A stretch of 64,000 nt of DNA from Ministeria vibrans ATCC 50519 (lineage: Eukaryota; Protista; Filasterea): NCBI GenBank assembly GCA_943704425.1, contig CALSCP010001735.1, forward strand, positions 62,001 through 126,000. The letters run 5' to 3'. The notes under the pieces are model-generated. The model had not been told where the DNA came from. It saw only the letters and a program-made list of their open reading frames with translations, and did no database searches. Shown in pieces: positions 21,901-33,369 of this stretch. Made by a program: the position numbers and the translations under genes. How positions within the stretch are numbered: position 1 is the stretch's first letter; every line of letters begins with the position of its first letter.

Positions 21901-24900
21901 TGACATTTTGACCGGAAAATCTCTCGAGTTGCGTCGGCGAAAAGACAAAGTCGGGTGTGAATGGCTCGCTCAGAATGCCGTCGTATTTGCTTGCCGACAC
22001 AGACCAGTCGAAGCGCTCCCGGTCAAGGACTGTGCTGGCTATTGGAAAGAACCAGTCGTCGCGCACAAATGACACACCGGGACTGAGCGTGATCCGCGGC
22101 GCAATCACAGCACATCGTTCGCACTCACGTTGGGCTGTCACACCGTCCGTCGCCGCTTCACCCTCCACCTCGCTCTTGAGCTGCACCAGTAACGACGCAT
22201 ATGTGCCTGTCTTTCCAATTTGTGGCGCAGCCTGCAACACCAGTCGTCGCGTGTGCACTTCGCCCGCTGCATTCTGACCGTCGTAGCTCTTGTTACCACG
22301 CACCGGCTCAAAGTGGCTCCACATGTGTGTGGTAGTGTCCACTCTTTGACCTGCAATGCGTGTCATGGTCGTGTCGGGACTGCTGATGATCGCCTCAAAC
22401 GACGCGGCCCTGTCGCGCTTCCTGTGACAGGGACCAAAAAGTCCATTGCCCACCAGAAGCGACGCATTGGGTGTGGACGAGGGTGCATAGCGACAGACAC
22501 GACCGAGATCCTGAACAACTGACGAGAGCGAGCTGGGCGTAGCAGAGTAGCGCGAACGCAAGTCCATAGTGGAGAGAGACACCGGAAAGGTGTCGCCAAG
22601 ACGGCCCTTTTCGACCACCAGAAGCAGTGTGGGAATGCCCTGCAGGTGCGAGTATTCGCGGATTGGCCGATGCACATGACCACAGTCGGTGCAGGTCACA
22701 TGAAAGGTCGACGGTAATTGCGGTGTGGCACACTGATCACACGTGTCGCACGCGCGTCCACACTGCAGCCGATGGTTCCAGTAGTTGCATGCCATGTTGC
22801 GCCCTTCCTCACGGCGGAACATGGTGTCCAGACTCATTCCGCCAAAGTCACATAGCAGAAGAAAGCGTCGCTGCCAGCCCACCAGATCACGAGCCTTGCG
22901 CACCATTTGCCACATTTGCTTGCCCATGGGAATGTCTTCCACGCGCACGAGGGCCATTTTTCCATGCTCAATGGTCAGATCCGCCACAACCCGCTCCGTC
23001 TCGAGTCGCGTGTCAAAGCGCCAAAAGGACTCGGTGAGTCGCGGTCTCTCACGCAGCCAGCTCCAGAGTAAGTCTATCGCGTTGGCGACAGTGTCGAAGT
23101 CCTCGAGGGCAAAGCAATGTTTGACAAGCTGCATGCGAGTCGCGTGGGAGTCGCTCTCTGCGAGGTGCGTGGCATAGTGGCGCGGAAAGAGGCGAATGAG
23201 TGAGCGAATGCTGTCTGGCACAGAGTCAACAAGTGTTGACCAAATCTTGCGCATCGCATTGTGACATCCAAACCAAAAATCACGACAATCTTGAAGAATG
23301 GTCTGCCCAAAGGCCAATGAGAGGTCTGGGTAAAAGTCGATACGGGATTCGAGCACGGAATTGACCACGACAGAGAGAGCATAGTCACACATGTGGGCCT
23401 GCATGCTCTTGGACTTGCCTGTAGCGTGGCTGGCGAGGCGCGTGAGAAGCGGGTCGGTGCGGAAGAGACGGCGGTGGGGCTCGGGATAGCGCATGGAGTT
23501 GAGGTAGAATGTGAGCGAGCGGTAGAGGGGTGTGTTGGGCGACACGGGCGCGTCGTCAATAAAAAAGTGCTCGCTCAGACGATTGCGCGACCGATCATGT
23601 GTGAGGTGCAGTCGAGCGGGCACAGTGTCGTCTGCAGTGACACTGAAAAACAGAGAGCCAGCACTGAGCGAGACCATGCCGTAGCCCGGCACGCGATGGA
23701 CCGTAAAAAGGTGGTCGGGGCGGGCGGTCAGCGCGGCAGTGAGCTGCGAGATTCTCAGTGAGTGTGTGTCGCTGTGTGACTGGAGAACACGATCCGGAGT
23801 GCCGTTCTGGTCGCAGGCAAAGAGCATCACACGAGTATGGTCGGAACTGGCATCACTAGGGAGTGTCACAAACAGCCACGCATGTTCCCAGTCAAAGGTG
23901 CCTCCCATCGGCTCAGTCTCGTCCACACAGACGACGCTGTCGGCGCGTGGACTCACAACGAGCACAGCATCCGACTTGAAGTGGCGCAGGACAATGCGAC
24001 GAGCCACATTTCGAATGCGCTGTTGCAAGTCGGCCAGACAAGTGGTAGCGTGCAGGGTGAGCGGGTGAAAGGCCAAAAGTGAGTCGGACCAGTCCACAAT
24101 GTTGGCGGGCAAGACACGCGAGCGACAGGTCAGCACGGCGTAGGGAGTCGCCGACACGAGCAGGACAATGACGTTCTCTTGGTCCAGCAGGGAATTGACG
24201 AAACAATGATTGGCACCTTCGTTTTTTATGCCCCAGTGACACTCGTCAGCAATGAGGACAAAGAGCGTTCGGGGCGACGCTTTTGCCTCGAGCTGTTTCA
24301 TTTTGGGGTTATTGCTTGTGTCGTAGCGATGTATGATGTCGTGCGGTGTGAGGCGTGCCTTGCGCAGACGATCGTTTGTCTGCTGCTCCAACGTGAGATA
24401 GTTGGCGGTGCCAACGCGAAAGCTGATCTTGTTGAAGCGCGCGAGGGAGCCGCCGTAGAAGCTGCGGATGCGCGTCAAAAGAACGCCCGCGAGATCGCGC
24501 TGTGCCGGAAAGATCCCCAGATGATCCGCACCGGGAGGTTCGGGGACATCAGGCAGTGGTGCAGAGTCACTTTCGTCGACATGGTCGAGGTCAATAAGGT
24601 CCAGCTCGAGCGTGTCTTGCGTAGCGCGCTTTGAAGACTCTCGAACATCGACGACGGCGCTGTCATCGGGCTCTTCGTTACCCAGCTCGATCTCACGGTA
24701 GAGAGATTCGGACACTGGGATTTTGTAGCCAATCAGAGTGCCCTCGTGGTATATGTCTGTGTCAGAACAGTTGCGGTGCAAGGGCGCTAGGTGATCGGGC
24801 GACAGCACGCAGTGATATCGCATTCCCAGTTCCAGTTTCTCCAATAAGTCGCTCAGAGTCAAAGGGACCCTCCGCAACAGGGGGAAAAGACCGCGGACAA

Positions 24901-25042
24901 CACTCTCAGCGTGTGCTTCGTCGCTGTCGTCGGCCCGGATCGGCTGAATGAGCTTGGTCAAATCAATGCCGGAAGGCGGAACAAACTCATTGAGGCTAAC
25001 CACATCGCGCATCAAGCACGCGTACAAAAGATACATGGTCAA
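18977..25042 (-). CDS. GREB1-like protein: circularly permuted SF2 helicase plus TET/JBP-associated glycosyltransferase (TAGT), low-complexity and acidic tail
   Basis: LIADECH (II), VSATP (III), KGRLGDTFP (V), QDLGRVCRY (VI), then Walker A AAPQIGKTG; then FVPS, VVVVRAEQY, GVGYAR, LCDDNI, FREDLKF (GT-A/TAGT); true ends may involve introns. Confidence 0.85.
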   Translation of the reverse strand: MTMYLLYACLMRDVVSLNEFVPPSGIDLTKLIQPIRADDSDEAHAESVVRGLFPLLRRVPLTLSDLLEKLELGMRYHCVLSPDHLAPLHRNCSDTDIYHEGTLIGYKIPVSESLYREIELGNEEPDDSAVVDVRESSKRATQDTLELDLIDLDHVDESDSAPLPDVPEPPGADHLGIFPAQRDLAGVLLTRIRSFYGGSLARFNKISFRVGTANYLTLEQQTNDRLRKARLTPHDIIHRYDTSNNPKMKQLEAKASPRTLFVLIADECHWGIKNEGANHCFVNSLLDQENVIVLLVSATPYAVLTCRSRVLPANIVDWSDSLLAFHPLTLHATTCLADLQQRIRNVARRIVLRHFKSDAVLVVSPRADSVVCVDETEPMGGTFDWEHAWLFVTLPSDASSDHTRVMLFACDQNGTPDRVLQSHSDTHSLRISQLTAALTARPDHLFTVHRVPGYGMVSLSAGSLFFSVTADDTVPARLHLTHDRSRNRLSEHFFIDDAPVSPNTPLYRSLTFYLNSMRYPEPHRRLFRTDPLLTRLASHATGKSKSMQAHMCDYALSVVVNSVLESRIDFYPDLSLAFGQTILQDCRDFWFGCHNAMRKIWSTLVDSVPDSIRSLIRLFPRHYATHLAESDSHATRMQLVKHCFALEDFDTVANAIDLLWSWLRERPRLTESFWRFDTRLETERVVADLTIEHGKMALVRVEDIPMGKQMWQMVRKARDLVGWQRRFLLLCDFGGMSLDTMFRREEGRNMACNYWNHRLQCGRACDTCDQCATPQLPSTFHVTCTDCGHVHRPIREYSHLQGIPTLLLVVEKGRLGDTFPVSLSTMDLRSRYSATPSSLSSVVQDLGRVCRYAPSSTPNASLLVGNGLFGPCHRKRDRAASFEAIISSPDTTMTRIAGQRVDTTTHMWSHFEPVRGNKSYDGQNAAGEVHTRRLVLQAAPQIGKTGTYASLLVQLKSEVEGEAATDGVTAQRECERCAVIAPRITLSPGVSFVRDDWFFPIASTVLDRERFDWSVSASKYDGILSEPFTPDFVFSPTQLERFSGQNVTVALPPKVVPLTELSVRESEELYRFRTAAAVVRGPVEGKHQVLEVEGFQSPLWIPKAFEDVFELEQGRVVGVGRQSNSRLLRSWVFVPSVRLDGRHDWSRALGVDETAIVRVVVVRAEQYQGFVARVGHVALVLQLPETVEHETGLCDVSRGVGYARLVCQRVAHYFSLKTMFLCDDNIDHLAAVTGDRISPHSPVLAVEPVSFFDVLAHLERQLLGEEPDVPYRYESTFNMTVPERAGKAERYGMLGIFRQNGHHVATSSFRRTYVYSLVLVHVSACVARNVWFRPWPFREDLKFAADCERAGLAVLKYQAFVQVKLQRRGGALVRGLRMENAPSPDEMRALKSGVPDATLDRTQLVEIIERCGVPFVDLTHWSLAERVPTQAQVDMAALTNMPQWALFLRPVNTLDLASVYRTMACTRACYANRVTRVVINAAALRDCSWTVDDVTPYYAGVLGMRGVPRVVWWRIGRGLRFVMVDLEEDDVIEVVDDLQDADGDVVMVSQTVGTKKRPSGSSDGQGKEKERTKRARVAAVPVTTVTATTSLASTTPPSKPAKTSTGVKAAATRPVTVAPASRLAPPVVPVLAASAATASTLAQAHSAPQWPVTAASAATPRPTSITHPSLVIQSTLRPPVSTASAASDFTRAQAHSAPQSLASTSSAVTARPTSVAHLSHLDTQSIPWPPNSAASAATRAPAVPHASRLVTESVPRSSLASTVVSPSGVIHRRFGNQNAALAHAAFLRMGRTQPTSSVLLKSTVPEPAKAKASTKKATSEPKKKPLTPTERLQRVVKYLRREKQAPRTRAGQGEHVMQEEERETSNHIKALQKYFTQREEALDGRLEKLVTDCDGLLEKYKRRKAIRIRRVVEVEEEEDKAVWFPPRFGVGGLARLLEHGAMSEEESEEDDEEKDEDEEDDDEDDDEEEDDDEDEEDEEEDGVGNGMLSDLFCPSQQFLDRRPFFRRKKDKSIWGSRRKHR

Positions 25043-26214
25043 ACGTCAACAGGAGCGGTGAGCGGTAGGGGAAGAGAAGCAGAAATGAACCCAGACCAGA
25101 GAAGCGCACGGGCGAAAATAAGCAAAGGTTCGCGAATACACAAGATTCGTGCGTCCGACCAGGTCAAAGACGATACGAGTTGGTGAAGCTTGCCTGTAAA
25201 CCTAAGTAGGGCAAGGAAAAAGGCGAAAGGGACTGATCTGAGGCATTTTGAGAAATGAGTAGGGGTTTAAAAGCGTCGTTGATTTTCAACGACGAAATTT
25301 CTCTTGCGTCCCGATTTGTGGCGTCAATGTCTGGTACCAGTATGGACTCTCTGTCAGCTCTGGAAACTCGTGACTACCCGTTTGACATGCGCACTGCGGA
25401 AATTGCTGGTGAGTCTTATCCTATCTCTTCCCAAGAGCGACAACTTTTGCCAAAGTGTTTTTGGGATGACATTCACTGAGTTCTTGGCGGGGGGCGAGTC
25501 TATTGCCCATCCCGCCCTTCTTGAGAGTGACGTTGTCAAGAATGAGCAGAAGATTAGCATCTCAAGCTTTTGCAAGTAGATAGCTCGAGAGGTGTGTTGG
25601 ATTTTGTATTTTATCTTGGGATTTATCTTCTTTTTAACACATCTTCTCAACACACTATAAAGGGTATCACTTAGTTCGTCAGACTAGCTAGTCACTAAGA
25701 CTAAGACTAACTAAGAATTAAGATCCACAGACAGACACAGTCACAGGGGACTTTGTAGTTTGTAGTCACATATGGCCAGGGTGGCGCTGCAGAAGTGCCC
25801 CGTACCGCATTTCGTACAGGACCTTCGTAGTCAGCAAAAGGCGGCAGTCCGATCTCTTTTTTATTTTCACACACACTTTTTAGCACTTCTTCTCAAACAC
25901 ACTACAAACGGTATGCGCTCTATTGGAGTTTGTGTTAAGACGTTGCCTGGCGTCCTGCTATCATCGCGAACGACCGCCTCGCTTTTTATTGTTCTCTTCA
26001 GCCAATGAGCGCTCTTCTGCGTTTGCGACAGATTCGGTGTCATCCCCGCCCATATCGCCTTCATCGTCGTCGGTGTCGCCTCCCCTATGAGTATAGCGGA
26101 TATGGTGGTGCTTGCATGCGTGGAATGTCGTCAGCGACACGCTGTTGGGGGCCGGAGGACGGGAAAAAAAAAACACATTCTTGATGCGTGTTTTTGGCAT
26201 TTCTGTAGACAATC

Positions 26215-27172
26215 ATGGGCGGCGGACTTACTCTTGGCGCAGAGATCCCTAACTTTGAAGTGGATTCGACTCAGGGACCGATGAAGTTCCACGATTACCT
26301 CGGCAACGGCTGGGGCATTTGTAAGCGACGATCAACCCAAACAAACCGCCGCTTATCCGTTTGTTTTGTTCCATCTCAGTGTTCTCCCACCCTGCCGACT
26401 ACACCCCTGTCTGCACGACTGAACTTGGCACTGTTGCCAAGCTTGTTGCCACGGGCGAGTTTGCCAAGCGCGATTGCAAGGTGAAGGATGACGTGTTGAA
26501 TATTTATGGCCTGACTCTTTTTTGTTAGGTCGCGGCACTCTCTGTCGACGATATTGAATCTCACAAGGGATGGGTCAAGGACATCGGTATGCTTCTGTTG
26601 TATCCTATCACCATCGTAACGTCATTGCGTTTTTTCAACACACAGAGGCGTCGCAGTCAACCACTGTTGCATACCCCATCATTGCTGACCCCAACCGTGA
26701 GTTGGCTGTCAAGTTTGGCATCCTCGACGCCGACGAGAAGGTATACGAATGTAGAAGAAGTGGGGAGGATCACTCAAGGAACGGAGGTTCATGTCGCGTA
26801 GGACAAGGCTGGCGTTGCCGTGACTGCACGCGCTGTGTACATCATTGGCCCGGATAAGAAGCTCAAGCTGTCCATCCTCTACCCGGCCAGTAAGGAAGAA
26901 AAGTTGAAATTTACAGAAGAAATTGACTATGTCCGTGTGTAGCGACGGGACGCAACTTCAACGAGATCCTGCGCGTGCTGGACTCTCTGCAGCTCACGGC
27001 CAACCATAAGGTGGCGACGCCCGCCAACTGGCAGCACGGCGACAAGTGCATGGTTGTGCCGTCGCTAACCGACGAGGAGGCCACCGCGCGCTTCCCCAAG
27101 GGTTTTGAGAAGGTCGCGGTGCCCTCGGGCAAATCGTACATCCGACTGACTCCCCAGCCCAACGTTGATTAA
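26215..27172 (+). CDS. PRDX6: 1-Cys peroxiredoxin
   Basis: [50 protein letters not shown]; ends PSGKSYIRLTPQP. Confidence 0.96.
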
Positions 27173-27639
27173 ACGCGAACCGCCCTTTCATTCATTATTG
27201 TGTGTCTGTATGGTGTGCGTGTATGAGTAAGTGAGTGTGTCATTTGTGCGTGTTTCCTATGACGGCATTCATGGCACCCCGCACATTGATGAGGCGCGAT
27301 GCAGCAAACTTGAGTGTTTTGGGGAATGCGTCAAAGAACGGGATGAACATACAGGACTGTGGGCGACAAACTGTGTCACTGTGCTTTACAACGAAAAGCA
27401 AAGCTGGAGGTGATTGGTACAATTGGATGCATTGGACGTCGAATTTGTCATCGACAGTAGTTCTACTCACTATATGAGTCTTGCCTCTTGAAGTCTACGG
27501 CGGAAGTATTGTTTTCTTTTTATTTTGTTTCAGTCTTTTTGGATTGAGTACAGCTCTTGATTCTCGATAATAAATATTTTCTAATAATATTTTTTTTTTT
27601 GCTCACGGGAAGCTATCGTTCTCTGTGTTTGACATCGCA

Positions 27640-30600
27640 ATGGACAAAATCCGAACCCTAAAGATGAGGCATCGCGACAGCATTCGTACGCTCTTGCTCT
27701 TGTCTCTTTGACGCTTTTTTTTCGAATTATCAGCTCCACTCACTCTCTCGTGGTTTACAGCCGATGTCCAGCGAAGCATGTCCACTGTGTCTGCCGACTC
27801 GGCCGTGTCCGACGAGACCAAGGCGTTTTTCGAGCGCTTTCACGCCGTCCGGCAGTCCGAGCCAAACTCGACCGGTTCGTCATTCCCCATTTGCCCGGCC
27901 CCTTCTCGTTTCTCCGTTGGTCAGCATTGCGCTGTGCAACAACCAGCGCTACTTCTGCGTTTCACACCAGCATTTGCACACTGACCTTGCGACACTTCGC
28001 TTTGTTTCTGTTTTTCTGTTTTTCTCCCATTCCATCAAAATACGCCGTTTAGAGGGTAATGCAACGTGGAATCGTGTGCGTAAGACAGTACAAGCCGCAC
28101 GTGAGGCTAGCTCCAAGCATGTCGCGTCCGCTGTCGTGGACCTTCTCTCGAAACGAAACGAGATGAAGGACACAAAAGCGCTATTTAACGAGACGTTTTT
28201 GCCGCCTGTCAAAGGCGACGAGGTGAGGTGGTGTTAGGGTTAGGGTTTGGCTCGTGTTGCCGTAACTATGTTCATTCTGGTTCTTTTCTTCTCATTCATT
28301 GCAGTTTGCGACGTTGTATCGAGCACTCGTGGCGGCCGTCTTGCAGCGAGTGGGCGCTGTCAAGGAAGGGACGACGGACGCACAAGTGTTTACGTACATG
28401 CGCGAAGTGTTCAAGATGGACAAGAGCGCACACGATGCTCTGGTCGAACAGGAGCGCCGTCACCAGCGAGAGAGTGGTGACGCCCAGCATCCCGTTCTCC
28501 ATGTTGACCTAGTGTCGGCGTCGGGTGTGTACCCAAAGGACGCGACGGGCAAGAGTGATCCCTTTTGCATGCTTGGTGTCGTGCCATCTTCGTTGCCTCT
28601 TGATGACGTTGATACGAGCAACCTTGACAAGTCGTCTACTATCGATCAAAATCTCAATCCAGTCTGGAACGAGACCTTCTCTTTGTAAGTTTCATTTTTA
28701 AAGTGTGTCTGTCGAACTGTACCGCTGTGTGTTTTTGTTGTCGTTGACTCTCACTCACTAATTGTGTGTGCGTGTGTATGTGTGTGTGTGTGTTTTTTTT
28801 CTTTACCTTTTCTTTCATCTCCATAGTTCGCTACCTGAAGACCCAGCTGGTCTCTCGCTATTTCTTGAAATGTGGGACGAGGACGAGGAGAGTGTTGCAA
28901 GTCTGTTTCTTCACAACAAACTCTTCAAGAAGTTCCATAAGAAGAGTGTGTACGTGCTCAAGCGTACCAGCAACTACGCTCATGACCTTTTTTGTGGTGT
29001 GTTTGCGTGTGTAGAACGGACAACACGCAGTTTCTTGGTCGAGTGGTTGTGCCCTTGTCAGAGATTACTACAGATGGCATTGCTCGTGAATTTGAGTTGC
29101 AAAAGCGTTCTCGAAAGTCTCACGTGAGCGGCACGGTCTTTCTCAAAATTCGCTTTGTTTACGAACGCGTACGATGCTTATTGTTTTTACATCATTTGAT
29201 GATTGTTCTTTTTCCCTTTTTATATTTTTGTCACCTTTGTAGATGACCGACGTGGAACGCTTGAACAAGGCTGTGTCGTCGACGACGGGGTCTGTCACTG
29301 ATACATCCCAATTGTTCGAGTATATTGTCGGTGGTGAGTCACACGACGTGGCTTCCTCTATCGCTTCATGACTTTTTTGTCTTCCTTTTTGTCTTCCTTA
29401 TTACAGAGATTGTTGCACACGACAGCGTTGCCTACATCGACCCAGAGTGCACACGAGTATGGGATGGTCAGCTGTCAGCTCCTGCACGCTTTCTTCTGCG
29501 CATGTTTGCCCTCCTCAACAATGTGTCCCCTTCGACGCAAGCAACAGCGCTCCTGCGTCATCGTGTGCGCTTTCTCACCCGCTTCCCTCTTGCACTTGAC
29601 CTTCACTCGGCTCTCGACTCCTCCGAGGACGGCATCAATGCCATTCGTACGTCTGCATTGACCGTCGCGGGCCAGACCATCTTTCACTCTACGTTGAGTG
29701 TGCTCCGCGTCACGCTCCTTGAAATCCTACGCCAATACAAGCTTTTCTATCCGTCGAGCGACAGTCTTGGTCAACAGCGATTTAGCGACTTGGTTGGCCT
29801 TCTCATCACTCTCGACGCTGTGCCTATTATGCGCAAAGCTCGTGGTCGTCTGCGTGATGTTGAGTCCACCTCTACTCTGGTCGAAGATGTTCGATTGGCC
29901 CTCTTGGTATGCCTAGCATGATTCCTTTCTCGCTTTGACCTTCTTGATTCTCTTTTTTTTTTCTGTTTTTGTATTCGTGTTTTGTCTCTAGACTTGTGCA
30001 GGCAACACTTATCGTCTCATGTCGGCCGAATGTGAGCGCGACACTCCCGACCGCACCGACGCGACGGTAGCCAAACTCTCCCGCCTGGCCTCGCGCATTG
30101 CCAAGGAGCTCAAGATCACACACACGGTCTACTCCAAGGCCTTCCTTCAGTACGTCATTAATAACAAAAATAATAATAATACTACAATAAGGCGTGCTGT
30201 AATAATAATATAATAATAAGAATAATAATATCATTAATATTATTAGAGTAATAATAATCATTAATTTGTTTTTACTTCCTTCCCTCCTCTATCAAGGCTC
30301 CCTGGTGTGGACGTGTTTGCTCTTGAGGCTGTCTGCTTCTCGAACCCACTGCTTGACGAAGTGGTCAATTTGACAGAGCAGAAAAAGAGGAGTGCGGTGG
30401 ATCCTACGTTGATGACGCTTTACCATACGCTGCGTGAACTTGACCGCGATGTGTGGTCTCTCATGTCTCCTGTGTACTCACAAACTTGCATGCATCCCTG
30501 AAAATATACTTATTTTTATTTTTATCTCGTTTTCTTTTTTCAGATCTCGAAAGGAGATCGTGCGTTCCGAAAGCTACTCGGAGAGGTTTAGTCCGTTTGT

Positions 30601-32185
30601 CATGGACTTTTTGACGGCAAGTGCTAGCAAGACAGAGGAGTGGATTCGTCGTGCCATTGCTGAAGACAAAGTACATCTCTGCTCCTTTGTCTGTTGCAAA
30701 CATTGCACTTTCTCATGAATAATTTATAATTTAATTATTTCTTATTGTTATCAATGCTTCTTTATGATAGGTTGTCCGTGTTGGTCAGGAGCTGCACTCA
30801 TCGAGTGTTATCGACATGTTCACCGCCTTTCATCAGGTAATCTCACTGTTTCTCCCGGTCTTTTAGCTTTGTACTGCTTCTGTTTTGCTTCTGCTTTGCC
30901 TCTGCTTTGCTTCTATTCGTCTATTTTATCACTCATCATGTTTTTAGACGTACACTGTGCTGAACAACCTTGACTGGCCTGAGCCCATGATGAAGCACAT
31001 TTTCTTTGTAACTTTCACTCAGGTACGTGTGAACTTTCTGTGAATTAGGGTCAAATACAAGTCTTACTCTCATACACTGCTTTGCTCGTCTGGCGCAGAT
31101 CGTTACGACGGGTGTGAGCATGTATGGCGAAACAATCAAAGAGACCCTCAATGCGAAAGGGTTCTACGACACGGAGGGACAGTTTGACGTCACCGAAGAG
31201 GTAACCTTTCAGTATCAGTGCTTCGAAATTATTAAACGCGCTCGTTCTCTTTCTTTTACAGTTGTGTGTGACGCTGAACAATCTTGAGACGGCCCGGAGT
31301 CATTTGGTAGAACTCTTTGATCAAGTTGATGGGGTTGCACAAGTGGAAACGGTATATAATATACATTAAGGCGTATGTTTTCCCTTCTAAAAATTTTGCC
31401 CATGTGAACTCTTGATCAGGTTCGCAAATTACCAGAGTTTGCCCACTACGAGTCACCCATGCCATTGCTCCTTGACGAAACGTACGAGTCACTGCGAATG
31501 ATTCTCGATCAACTTGTCGAGGTCGTCGTCAAAAAGGTACCAACGAGCAAGAGCAATGTTTGATTTTTCTTTTTAGTTGTCTTCGTTTGGTGACTTTTAT
31601 GTTAATTTTATGGGTGTTATTCTTCTTTTCTTTCTCTGTTCCGTCTTAAAAATTAATTGGAAGCGTCTTCTTCTTTAATGGATATTTCTCTTTGTAATGT
31701 TGCTTTTGGTTGGTTTTTAGATGTCCCCTGACATTACAGGATATCTGCGTGCGGCAATCACGGGCGATGTGGAGGACGATGGGGCATCATCTTCCTCGTC
31801 GTCGCTTCTGCACTCGCTCTTTACCGTGCGCTCGCGCGGCCATCGTCTGCGTACTGCGACCATGAGCTCTGATGACATACACGCTCTTATCCAGCCGCTC
31901 CTTGACTATCTCGACAGCAACCTGAGCACACTCAGCGAGAATTTTTTCCCAAACATCTTCCAGGCGATTTTGAGCGAGTTGTGGACAGGGGTTCTTGAGA
32001 GCATGCATACACTGCTGCTGCCCCCCTGTGGAGGCGGGGACACCGAATCACCATTTCCCGCCGAGGCTGCACTTGCTGGCACTGCCCTCAAGGTAATAAT
32101 CGTAAAAAGAATATGTCACAAACAAAGACGGAACAAAATAAATTAAGTAGTTATTATTATTATTTGTTGTTGTTGGTGGTGGTGG

Positions 32186-32229
<44 letters not shown>

Positions 32230-33369
32230 GTTTGTTTGTTTATTTTTGTCATCATCATTAATTTGTATTATTGTCGTTTTATGACCTTTTTTAGTATTCT
32301 CTACTTCAGATTTTGTATCAGTTCTTTTACTTTGTTTATTTTTGTAATCATCATTTTGTATTATTGTCGTTTTATGACCTTTTTTTCTTTTACTATGTTT
32401 ATTTTTGTAATCATCATTAATTTTGTATTATTGTCGTTTTATGACCTTTTTTTGTTATTTTCGACTTCAGATTTTGTATCAGTTCTTTTACGCGGATGGC
32501 GATGGAATGAAAAATGCAAAGTTGGAAACGGAACTGTACGCGAGCGTGTGTCACTTGGTGGAGCTGTACGCGGTCAAAACACCCGCTCTGGTGGAAATGT
32601 ACTGGAAGGAGAAGAATCGTGTGCGCAACGACGAGAGTGACGCGACGTCCAAGTTGGGCGAGAGGAGCGACGCGGGGTTGGGCACGCTGGTGGTGGGCAC
32701 TCGTTTGGCACCCATGAAGGAGCGTGCGCGCATTATCGTGCACCTTTTCAGTGCCCACGATCTGCCTGTCATGGACAGCAATGGCCTTTGCGATCCCTAC
32801 GTCATCGTCAGTCTATTACCATCAGAGCTCATCAAGTGTGATCAGAAGAAATCCAAAGTTGTCAAGAAGACGCTCACTCCCACCTTCGACCAAAGTCTTG
32901 AATTGTATGTTGTTTTTCAGTTTCCGAGCCCAATTTGACCATCATGACGTTTGTCTAATTGGTGTGTTTTTGTAGTGTTGTGCCAATTGTCCACGCACAT
33001 AAGGTTGTTGTCCATTTGGAGATGTACGATTACGATCTGTTCAGTGGCGATGATTTTATCGGTACGAATCAGTTGTGGAGGGACAACATCCTTTGTTGTG
33101 ATGAAACATTGTTTGTGTTGTTTTTTTTTTCTTCTTTCTTTTCTTTCCTTTTATTCTTCTTTTAAACATGTTCAGGAGAGGCAATCGTACCGGCTACGCT
33201 GACGCCGAGCAAAGAAGAGAAGCTTAAGCCAGTGTCGGTGTTCTTAGCACCAAGCCAACGTGACAACGAGAGCAAAGAGGCTTCGACTCTGTTTGGGCTG
33301 TTGAAGCAGCGCAGTGACGCCGGAGACGAGTCGGCAGCTGCCTTTGTCAAGACGGCCACACGACACTGA
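27640..33369 (+). CDS. Munc13-4/BAIAP3-like C2-MUN-C2 vesicle priming factor, many exons
   Basis: C2A PKDATGKSDPFCMLG; MHD segments KTEEWIRRAIAEDK, CVTLNNLE, IQPLLDYLDSNLSTL; C2B DLPVMDSNGLCDPYV. Confidence 0.9.
32186..32490. repeat. Intronic (TTG)n plus three ~55-bp AT-rich repeats and a duplicated splice acceptor
   Basis: Unit tttatttttgt(c/a)atcatcatt...gtattattgtcgttttatgacctttttt occurs three times; ttcagattttgtatcagttctttta occurs twice. Confidence 0.85.

Noticed and set aside
18977-25042. Uninterrupted 6-kb ORF as proof of horizontal transfer
   Set aside because: Native genes here also have ~3-kb exons (MON2, SEC24), and splice signals are plausible at both ends of the ORF.
25255-26212. 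Short ORFs, a GACTAGCTAGTC palindrome and CTAAGA repeats between the GREB1-like gene and PRDX6, as a transposon end
   Set aside because: No recognisable domain, matching terminus or target-site duplication; may contain 5' exons of the GREB1-like gene.
28234-28245. (TTAGGG)2 in an UNC13-like intron
   Set aside because: Only two units and no element sequence beside them; could be chance.
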